A stretch of 64,000 nt of DNA from Lingula anatina (Eukaryota > Animalia > Brachiopoda): positions 2,976,001 to 3,040,000 of the forward strand of contig CM120647.1 of the NCBI GenBank assembly GCA_051362555.1, written 5' to 3'. Both the position numbers and the translations under genes were made by a program. The notes under the pieces are model-generated. The model searched no databases. It saw only the letters and a list, made by a program, of their open reading frames with translations, and was not told where the DNA came from. Shown in pieces: positions 52,801 to 64,000 of this stretch (its first letter is position 1; each line of letters opens with the position of its first letter).

Positions 52801-55800
52801 ATTCGACTAGATTTGTCAAAATTATTAACGTTTAACTATTCTTTGCCCTGGAATTTGGCTGTCTTTTCAGTTTTCACAAATTTATTGTCCGAAAAAATCT
52901 TTTCTGTTTGACCGAGTCAACTGATAAGAATATCACAGATTTTTATTGTTATTATGCATCATCTTTCCGAATTTCACAAATATTCGACTAGATTTGTCAA
53001 AATTATTAACGTTTAACTATTCTTTTGCCCTGGAATTTGGCAGTCTTTTTCATGTGATATTCAGTTTTCTCAAATTTATATGCTCTGAAAAGATCTTTTC
53101 CATAAAACACTGTCATCTGATAAGCTTATCACAGATTTATATTGTTGTTATGCATCTTCTCACCGAATTTCACAACTATTTGACTAGATTTGTCAAAATT
53201 ATTAACGTTTAACTATTTTTTTCTCTTGAATTTGGCTGTCTTTTCAGTTTTCACAAATTTATTGTCCGAAAAAATCTTTTCTGTTTGACCGAGTCAACTG
53301 ATAAGAATATCACGGATTTTTATTGTTGTTATGCATCATCTTTCCGAATTTCACAAATATTCGACTAGATTTGTCAAAATTATTAACGTTTAACTATCCT
53401 TTTGCCCTGGAATTTGGCATTCTTTTTCATGTGATATTCAGTTTTCTCAAATTTATATGCTCTGAAAAGATCTTTTCCATAAAACACTGTCATCTGATAA
53501 GCTTATCACAGATTTATATTGTTGTTATGCATCATCTCACCGAATTTCACAACTATTCGACTAGATTTGTCAAAATTATTAACGTTTAACTATTCTTTGC
53601 CCTGGAATTTGGCTGTCTTTTCAGTTTTCACAAATTTATTGTCCGAAAAAATCTTTTCTGTTTTACCGAGTCAACTGATAAGAATATTACGGATTTTTAT
53701 TGTTGTTATGCATCATCTTTCCGAATTTCACAAATATTCGACTAGATTTGTCAAAATTATTAACGTTTAACTATTTTTTTGCCCTGGAATTTGGCAGTCT
53801 TTTTCATGTGATATTCAGTTTTCTCAAATTTATATGCTCTGAAAACATCTTTTCCATAAAACACTGTCATCTGATAAGCTTATCACAGATTTATATTGTT
53901 GTTATGCATCATCTCACCGAATTTCACAACTAATCGACTAGATTTGTCAAAATTATTAACGTTTAACTATTTTTTTCCCTGGAATTTGGCTGTCTTTTCA
54001 GTTTTCACAAATTTATTGTCCGAAAAAATCTTTTCTGTTTGACCGAGTCAACTGATAAGAATATTACGGATTTTTATTGTTGTTATGCATCATCTTTCCA
54101 AATTTCACAAATATTTGACTAGATTTGTCAAAATTATTAACGTTTAACTATTTTTTTGCCCTGGAATTTGGCATTCTTTTTCATGTGATATTCAGTTTTC
54201 TCAAATTTATATGCTCTGAAAAGATCTTTTCCATAAAACACTGTCATCTGATAAGCTTATCACAGATTCATATTGTTGTTATGCATCATCTCACCGAATT
54301 TCACAACTATTCGACTATATTTGTCAAAATTATTAACGTTTAACTATTCTTTGCCCTGGAATTTGGCTGTCTTTTCAGTTTTCACAAATTTATTGTCCGA
54401 AAAAATCTTTTCTGTTTGACCGAGTCAACTGATAAGAATATCACGGATTTTTATTGTTGTTATGCATCATCTTTCCAAATTTCACAAATATTCGACTAGA
54501 TTTGTCAAAATTATTAACGTTTAACTATCCTTTTGCCCTGGAATTTGGCATTCTTTTTCATGTGATATTCAGTTTTCTCAAATTTATATGCTCTGAAAAG
54601 ATCTTTTCCATAAAACACTGTCATCTGATAAGCTTATCACAGATTTATATTGTTGTTATGCATCATCTCACCGAATTTCACAACTATTCGACTAGATTTG
54701 TCAAAATTATTAACGTTTAACTATTCTTTGCCCTGGAATTTGGCTGTCTTTTCAGTTTTCACAAATTTATTGTCCGAAAAAATCTTTTCTGTTTGACCGA
54801 GTCAACTGATAAGAATATCACGGATTTTTATTGTTGTTATGCATCATCTTTCCAAATTTCACAAATATTCGACTAGATTTGTCAAAATTATTAACGTTTA
54901 ACTATCCTTTTGCCCTGGAATTTGGCATTCTTTTTCATGTGATATTCAGTTTTCTCAAATTTATATGCTCTGAAAAGATCTTTTCCATAAAACACTGTCA
55001 TCTGATAAGCTTATCACAGATTTATATTGTTGTTATGCATCATCTCACCGAATTTCACAACTATTCGACTAGATTTGTCAAAATTATTAACGTTTAACTA
55101 TTCTTTGCCCTGGAATTTGGCTGTCTTTTCAGTTTTCACAAATTTATTGTCCGAAAAAATCTTTTCTGTTTGACCGAGTCAACTGATAAGAATATTACGG
55201 ATTTTTATTGTTGTTATGCATCATCTTTCCAAATTTCACAAATATTTGACTAGATTTGTCAAAATTATTAACGTTTAACTATTTTTTTGCCCTGGAATTT
55301 GGCATTCTTTTTCATGTGATATTCAGTTTTCTCAAATTTATATGCTCTGAAAAGATCTTTTCCATAAAACACTGTCATCTGATAAGCTTATCACAGATTC
55401 ATATTGTTGTTATGCATCATCTCACCGAATTTCACAACTATTCGACTAGATTTGTCAAAATTATTAACGTTTAACTATTTTTTTCCCTGGAATTTGGCTG
55501 TCTTTTCAGTTTTCACAAATTTATTGTCCGAAAAAATCTTTTCTGTTTGACCGAGTCAACTGATAAGAATATTACGGATTTTTATTGTTGTTATGCATCA
55601 TCTTTCCAAATTTCACAAATATTCGACTAGATTTGTCAAAATTATTAACGTTTAACTATTCTTTTGCCCTAGAATTTGGCAGTCTTTTTCATGTGATATT
55701 CAGTTTTCTCAAATTTATATGCTCTGAAAAGATCTTTTCCATAAAACACTGTCATCTGATAAGCTTATCACAGATTTATATTGTTGTTATGCATCTTCTC

Positions 55801-58800
55801 ACCGAATTTCACAACTATTCGACTAGATTTGTCAAAATTATTAACGTTTAACTATTTTTTTCCCTGGAATTTGGCTGTCTTTTCAGTTTTCACAAATTTA
55901 TTGTCCGAAAAAATCTTTCTGTTTGACCGAGTCAACTGATAAGAATATTACGGATTTTTATTGTTGTTATGCATCATCTTTCCAAATTTCACAAATATTC
56001 GACTAGATTTGTCAAAATTATTAACGTTTAACTATTTTTTTGCCCTGGAATTTGGCAGTCTTTTTCATGTGATATTCAGTTTTCTCAAATTTATATGCTC
56101 TGAAAACATCTTTTCCATAAAACACTGTCATCTGATAAGCTTATCACAGATTTATATTGTTGTTATGCATCATCTCACCGAATTTCACAACTAATCGACT
56201 AGATTTGTCAAAATTATTAACGTTTAACTATTCTTTGCCCTGGAATTTGGCTGTCTTTTCAGTTTTCACAAATTTATTGTCCGAAAAAATCTTTTCTGTT
56301 TGACCGAGTCAACTGATAAGAATATTACAGATTTTTATTGTTGTTATGCATCATCTTTCCAAATTTCACAAATATTCGACTAGATTTGTCAAAATTATTA
56401 ACGTTTAACTATTTTTTTGCCCTGGAATTTGGCATTCTTTTTCATGTGATATTCAGTTTTCTCAAATTTATATGCTCTGAAAAGATCTTTTCCATAAAAC
56501 ACTGTCATCTGATAAGCTTTTCACAGATTCATATTGTTGTTATGCATTATCTCACCGAATTTCACAACTATTCGACTAGATTTGTCAAAATTATTAACGT
56601 TTAACTATTTTTTTCCCTGGAATTTGGCTGTCTTTTCAGTTTTCACAAATTTATTGTCCAAAAAAATCTTTTCTGTTTGACCGAGTCAACTGATAAGAAT
56701 ATCACGGATTTTTATTGTTGTTATGCATCATCTTTCCAAATTTCACAAATATTCGACTAGATTTGTCAAAATTATTAACGTTTAACTATTCTTTTGCCCT
56801 AGAATTTGGCAGTCTTTTTCATGTGATATTCAGTTTTCTTCAATTTATATGCTCTGAAAATATCTTTTCCATAAAACACTGTCATCTGATAAGCTTATCA
56901 CAGATTTATATTGTTGTTATGCATCATCTCACCGAATTTCACAACTATTCGACTAGATTTGTCAAAATTATTAACGTTTAACTATTCTTTGCCCTGGAAT
57001 TTGGCTGTCTTTTCAGTTTTCACAAATTTATTGTCCGAAAAAATCTTTTCTGTTTGACCGAGTCAACTGATAAGAATATCATAGATTTTTATTGTTATTA
57101 TGCATCATCTTTCCGAATTTCACAAATATTCGACTAGATTTGTCAAAATTATTAACGTTTAACTATTCTTTTGCCCTGGAATTTGGCAGTCTTTTTCATG
57201 TGATATTCTGTTTTCTCAAATTTATATGCTCTGAAAACATCTTTTCCATAAAACACTGTCATCTGATAAGCTTATCACAGATTTATATTGTTGTTATGCA
57301 TTATCTCACCGAATTTCACAACTAATCTACTAGATTTGTCAAAATTATTAACGTTTAACTATTCTTTGCCCTGGAATTTGGCTGTCTTTTCAGTTTTCAC
57401 AAATTTATTGTCCGAAAAAATCTTTTCTGTTTGACCGAGTCAACTGATAAGAATATCACAGATTTTTATTGTTATTATGCATCATCTTTCCAAATTTCAC
57501 AAATATTTGACTAGATTTGTCAAAATTATTAACGTTTAACTATTCTTTTGCCCTGGAATTTGGCAGTCTTTTTCATGTGATATTCAGTTTTCTTAAATTT
57601 ATATGCTCTGAAAAGATCTTTTCCATAAAACACTGTAATCTGATAAGCTTATCATAGATTTATATTGTTGTTATGCATCATCTCACCGAATTTCACAACT
57701 ATTCGACTAGATTTGTCAAAATTATTAACGTTTAACTATTCTTTGCCCTGGAATTTGGCTGTCTTTTCAGTTTTCACAAATTTATTGTCCGAAAAAATCT
57801 TTTCTGTTTGACCGAGTCAACCGATAAGAATATCACAGATTTTTATTGTTATTATGCATCATCGTTCCGAATTTCACAAATATTCAACTAGATTTGTCAA
57901 AATTATTAACGTTTAACTATTCTTTTGCCCTGGAATTTGGCAGTCTTTTTCATGTGATATTCAGTTTTCTCAAATTTATATGCTCTGAAAAGATCTTTTC
58001 CATAAAACACTGTCATCTGATAAGCTTATCACAGATTCATATTGTTGTTATGCATCATCTCACCGAATTTCACAACTATTCGACTAGATTTGTCAAAATT
58101 ATTAACGTTTAACTATTTTTTTCCCTGGAATTTGGCTGTCTTTTCAGTTTTCACAAATTTATTGTCCGAAAAAATCTTTTCTGTTTGACCGAGTCAACTG
58201 ATAAGAATATCACGGATTTTTATTGTTGTTATGCATCATCTTTCCAAATTTCACAAATATTCGACTAGATTTGTCAAAATTATTAACGTTTAACTATTCT
58301 TTTGCCCTAGAATTTGGCAGTCTTTTTCATGTGATATTCAGTTTTCTTCAATTTATATGCTCTGAAAAGATCTTTTCCATAAAACACTGTCATCTGATAA
58401 GCTTATCACAGATTTATATTGTTGTTATGCATCATCTCACCGAATTTCACAACTATTCGACTAGATTTGTCAAAATTATTAACGTTTAACTATTCTTTGC
58501 CCTGGAATTTGGCTGTCTTTTCAGTTTTCTCAAATTTATTGTCCGAAAAAATCTTTTCTGTTTCACCCACTCAACTGATAAGAATATCACGGATTTTTAT
58601 TGTTGTTATGCATCATCTTTCCGAATTTCACAAATATTCGACTAGATTTGTCAAAATTATTAACGTTTAACTATTCTTTGCCCTGGAATTTGGCAGTCTT
58701 TTTCATGTGATATTCAGTTTTCTCAAATTAATATGCTCTGAAAAGATCTTTTCCATAAAACACTGTCATCTGATAAGCTTATCACAGATTTATATTGTTG

Positions 58801-61800
58801 TTATGCATCATCTCACCGAATTTCACAACTAATCGACTAGATTTGTCAAAATTATTAACGTTTAACTATTCTTTGCCCTGGAATTTGGCTGTCTTTTCAG
58901 TTTTCACAAATTTATTGTCCGAAAAAATCTTTTCTGTTTGACCGAGTCAACTGATAAGAATATCACAGATTTTTATTGTTATTATGCATCATCTTTCCAA
59001 ATTTCACAAATATTCGACTAGATTTGTCAAAATTATTAACGTTTAACTATTCTTTTGCCCTAGAATTTGGCAGTCTTTTTCATGTAATATTCAGTTTTCT
59101 TAAATTTATATGCTCTGAAAAGATCTTTTCCATAAAACACTGTCATCTGATAAGCTTATCACAGATTTATATTGTTGTTATGCATCTTCTCACCGAATTT
59201 CACAACTATTCGACTAGATTTGTCTGTTTCTGTTTCTGTTTGACATAAGCTGGAATTTGGCAGTCTTTTTCATGTGATATTCAGTTTTCTCAAATTTATA
59301 TGCTCTGAAAAGATCTTTTCCATAAAACACTGTCATCTGATAAGCTTATCACAGATTTAAATTGTTGTTATGCATCTTCTCACCGAATTTCACAACTATT
59401 CGACTAGATTTGTCAAAATTATTAACGTTTAACTATTTTTTTCCCTGGAATTTGGCTGTCTTTTCAGTTTTCACAAATTTATTGTCCGAAAAAATCTTTT
59501 CTGTTTCACCCACTCAACTGATAAGAATATTACGGATTTTTATTGTTGTTATGCATCATCTTTCCAAATTTCACAAATATTCGACTAGATTTGTCAAAAT
59601 TATTAACGTTTAACTATTCTTTTGCCCTGGAATTTGGCAGTCTTTTTCATGTGATATTCAGTTTTCTCAAATTTATATGCTCTGAAAAGATCTTTTCCAT
59701 AAAACACTGTCATCTGATAAGCTTATCACAGATTTATATTGTTGTTATGCATCATCTCACCGAATTTCACAACTATTCCACTAGATTTGTCAAAATTATT
59801 AACGTTTAACTATTCTTTGCCCTGGAATTTGGCTGTCTTTTCAGTTTTCACAAATTTATTGTCCGAAAAAATCTTTTCTGTTTGACCGAGTCAACCGATA
59901 AGAATATCACAGATTTTTATTGTTATTATGCATCATCTTTCCGAATTTCACAAATATTCAACTAGATTTGTCAAAATTATTAACGTTTAACTATTCTTTT
60001 GCCCTAGAATTTGGCAGTCTTTTTCATGTGATATTCAGTTTTCTCAAATTTATATGCTCTGAAAAGATCTTTTCCATAAAACACTGTCATCTGATAAGCT
60101 TATCACAGATTCATATTGTTGTTATGCATCATCTCACCGAATTTCACAACTATTCAACTAGATTTGTCAAAATTATTAACGTTTAACTATTTTTTTCCCT
60201 GGAATTTGGCTGTCTTTTCAGTTTTCACAAATTTATTGTCCGAAAAAATCTTTTCTGTTTGACCGAGTCAACTGATAAGAATATCACGGATTTTTATTGT
60301 TGTTATGCATCATCTTTCCAAATTTCACAAATATTCGACTAGATTTGTCAAAATTATTAACGTTTAACTATTCTTTTGCCCTAGAATTTGGCAGTCTTTT
60401 TCATGTGATATTCAGTTTTCTTCAATTTATATGCTCTGAAAAGATCTTTTCCATAAAACACTGTCATCTGATAAGCTTATCACAGATTTATATTGTTGTT
60501 ATGCATCATCTCACCGAATTTCACAACTATTCGACTAGATTTGTCAAAATTATTAACGTTTAACTATTTTTTTCCCTGGAATTTGGCTGTCTTTTCAGTT
60601 TTCACAAATTTATTGTCCGAAAAAATCTTTTCTGTTTGACCGAGTCAACTGATAAGAATATTACGGATTTTTATTGTTGTTATGCATCATCTTTCCAAAT
60701 TTCACAAATATTTGACTAGATTTGTCAAAATTATTAACGTTTAACTATTTTTTTGCCCTGGAATTTGGCATTCTTTTTCATGTGATATTCAGTTTTCTCA
60801 AATTTATATGCTCTGAAAAGATCTTTTCCATAAAACACTGTCATCTGATAAGCTTATCACAGATTCATATTGTTGTTATGCATCATCTCACCGAATTTTA
60901 CAACTTTTCGACTAGATTTGTCAAAATTATTAACGTTTAACTATTTTTTTCCCTGGAATTTCGCTGTCTTTTCAGTTTTCACAAATTTATTGTCCGAAAA
61001 AATATTTTCTGTTTGACCGAGTCAACTGATAAGAATATCACGGATTTTTATTGTTGTTATGCATCATCTTTCCAAATTTCACAAATATTCGACTAGATTT
61101 GTCAAAATTATTAACGTTTAACTATTCTTTTGCCCTGGAATTTGGCAGTCTTTTTCATGTGATATTCAGTTTTCTCAAATTTATATGCTCTGAAAAGATC
61201 TTTTCCATAAAACACTGTCATCTGATAAGCTTATCACAGATTTATATTGTTGTTATGCATCATCTCACCGAATTTCACAACTATTCGACTAGATTTGTCA
61301 AAATTATTAACGTTTAACTATTCTTTGCCCTGGAATTTGGCTGTCTTTTCAGTTTTCACAAATTTATTGTCCGAAAAAATCTTTTCTGTTTGACCGAGTC
61401 AACTGATAAGAATATCACAGATTTTTATTGTTATTATGCATCATCTTTCCGAATTTCACAAATATTCGACTAGATTTGTCAAAATTATTAACGTTTAACT
61501 ATTCTTTTGCCCTGGAATTTGGCAGTCTTTTTCATGTGATATTCAGTTTTCTCAAATTTATATGCTCTGAAAAGATCTTTTCCATAAAACACTGTCATCT
61601 GATAAGCTTATCACAGATTTATATTGTTGTTATGCATCTTCTCACCGAATTTCACAACTATTCGACTAGATTTGTCAAAATTATTAACGTTTAACTATTT
61701 TTTTCCCTGGAATTTGGCTGTCTTTTCAGTTTTCACAAATTTATTGTCCGAAAAAATCTTTTCTGTTTGACCGAGTCAACTGATAAGAATATCACAGATT

Positions 61801-64000
61801 TTTATTGTTATTATGCATCATCTTTCCAAATTTCACAAATATTCGACTAGATTTGTCAAAATTATTAACGTTTAACTATTCTTTTGCCCTAGAATTTGGC
61901 AGTCTTTTTCATGTAATATTCAGTTTTCTTAAATTTATATGCTCTGAAAAGATCTTTTCCATAAAATACTGTCATCTGATAAGCTTATCACAGATTTATA
62001 TTGTTGTTATGCATCTTCTCACCGAATTTCACAACTATTCGACTAGATTTGTCAAAATTATTAACGTTTAACTATTTTTTTCCCTGGAATTTGGCTGTCT
62101 TTTCAGTTTTCACAAATTTATTGTCCGAAAAAATCTTTTCTGTTTCACCCACTCAACTGATAAGAATATTACGGATTTTTATTGTTGTTATGCATCATCT
62201 TTCCAAATTTCACAAATATTCGACTAGATTTGTCAAAATTATTAACGTTTAACTATTCTTTTGCCCTGGAATTTGGCAGTCTTTTTCATGTGATATTCAG
62301 TTTTCTCAAATTTATATGCTCTGAAAAGATCTTTTCCATAAAACACTGTCATCTGATAAGCTTATCACAGATTTATATTGTTGTTATGCATCATCTCACC
62401 GAATTTCACAACTATTCGACTAGATTTGTCAAAATTATTAACGTTTAACTATTCTTTGCCCTGGAATTTGGCTGTCTTTTCAGTTTTCACAAATTTATTG
62501 TCCGAAAAAATCTTTTCTGTTTGACCGAGTCAACCGATAAGAATATCACAGATTTTTATTGTTATTATGCATCATCTTTCCGAATTTCACAAATATTCAA
62601 CTAGATTTGTCAAAATTATTAACGTTTAACTATTTTTTTGCCCTGGAATTTGGCAGTCTTTTTCATGTAATATTCAGTTTTCTTAAATTTATATGCTCTG
62701 AACAGATCTTTTCCATAAAACACTGTCATCTGATAAGCTTATCCCAGATTTATATTGTTGTTATGCATCATCTCACCGAATTTCACAACTATTCGACTAG
62801 ATTTGTCAAAATTATTAACGTTTAACTATTCTTTTCCCTGGAATTTGGCTGTCTTTTCAGTTTTCACAAATTTATTGTCCGAAAAAATCTTTTCTGTTTG
62901 ACCGAGTCAACCGATAAGAATATCACAGATTTTTATTGTTATTATGCATCATCTTTCCGAATTTCACAAATATTCAACTAGATTTGTCAAAATTATTAAC
63001 GTTTAACTATTCTTTTGCCCTGGAATTTGGCAGTCTTTTTCATGTGATATTCAGTTTTCTCAAATTTATATGCTCTGAAAAGATCTTTTCCATAAAACAC
63101 TGTCATCTGATAAGCTTATCACAGATTCATATTGTTGTTATGCATCATCTCACCGAATTTCACAACTATTCGACTAGATTTGTCAAAATTATTAACGTTT
63201 AACTATTTTTTTCCCTGGAATTTGGCTGTCTTTTCAGTTTTCACAAATTTATTGTCCGAAAAAATCTTTTCTGTTTGACCGAGTCAACTGATAAGAATAT
63301 CACGGATTTTTATTGTTGTTATGCATCATCTTTCCAAATTTCACAAATATTCGACTAGATTTGTCAAAATTATTAACGTTTAACTATTCTTTTGCCCTAG
63401 AATTTGGCAGTCTTTTTCATGTGATATTCAGTTTTCTTCAATTTATATGCTCTGAAAAGATCTTTTCCATAAAACACTGTCATCTGATAAGCTTATCACA
63501 GATTTATATTGTTGTTATGCATCATCTCACCGAATTTCACAACTATTCGACTAGATTTGTCAAAATTATTAACGTTTAACTATTCTTTGCCCTGGAATTT
63601 GGCTGTCTTTTCAGTTTTCACAAATTTATTGTCCGAAAAAATCTTTTCTGTTTCACCCACTCAATTGATAAGAATATTACGGATTTTTATTGTTGTTATG
63701 CATCATCTTTCCAAATTTCACAAATATTCGACTAGATTTGTCAAAATTATTAATGTTTAACTATTTTTTTGCCCTGGAATTTGGCAGTCTTTTTCATGTA
63801 ATATTCAGTTTTCTCAAATTTATATGCTTTGAAAACATCTTTTCCATAAAACACTGTCATCTGATAAGCTTATCACAGATTTATATTGTTGTTATGCATC
63901 ATCTCACCAAATTTCACAACTATTCGACTAGATTTGTCAAAATTATTAACGTTTAACTATTCTTTGCCCTGGAATTTGGCTGTCTTTTCAGTTTTCACAA
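13801..64000 (+). repeat. Satellite DNA array, 377-bp unit = dimer of ~195-bp A and ~182-bp B monomers; roughly 130 dimers; runs off the window end
   Basis: ORF track recurs at 377-bp steps with 196/181 sub-steps (53323, 53519, 53700). A is marked by GCTCTGAAAAGATCTTTTCCATAAAACACTGTCATCTGATAAGCTTATCAC; B by GTCCGAAAAAATCTTTTCTGTTTGACCGAGTCAACTGATAAGAATATCAC. All copies are head-to-tail, with no inversion or transposon insertion seen. Confidence 0.99.

Noticed and set aside
14323-63956. Over 100 near-identical 60-90 aa ORFs (MLLCIIFPNFTNIRLDLSKLL...) as a tandem gene family
   Set aside because: They mostly start at TTG in T-rich satellite, occur in overlapping frames, are often broken by stops or frameshifts, and show no recognisable domain. 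T-rich repeats give hydrophobic ORFs by chance.
14041-64000. CRISPR-like repeat/spacer array
   Set aside because: The variable parts are just two alternating homologous types rather than unique spacers, the unit is far too long, and there are no cas genes.

Overview
AT-rich, non-coding eukaryotic DNA (probably an invertebrate animal; inferred) spanning the edge of a large satellite array. No intact protein-coding gene, RNA gene or CRISPR array is supported. 1-8.8 kb is repeat-littered flank with a foldback MITE, a hAT-like MITE carrying a nested inverted repeat, and a decayed Tc1-like transposase N-terminus. 8.85-9.36 kb is a 94-bp minisatellite. 9.36-13.9 kb is a transition zone of diverged ~195-bp satellite monomers interleaved with three copies of a non-satellite segment; one copy is split by a 2034-bp non-autonomous TIR transposon with a 3-bp AAT target duplication. 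From ~13.9 kb to the window end lies a ~50-kb head-to-tail satellite whose 377-bp unit is a dimer of related ~195-bp (A) and ~182-bp (B) monomers. The array shows an edge-to-interior homogenisation gradient, multi-kb block duplications, dyad-rich monomers and one templated-insertion scar. The many near-identical 60-90 aa ORFs are satellite artefacts. All alignments were done by eye.
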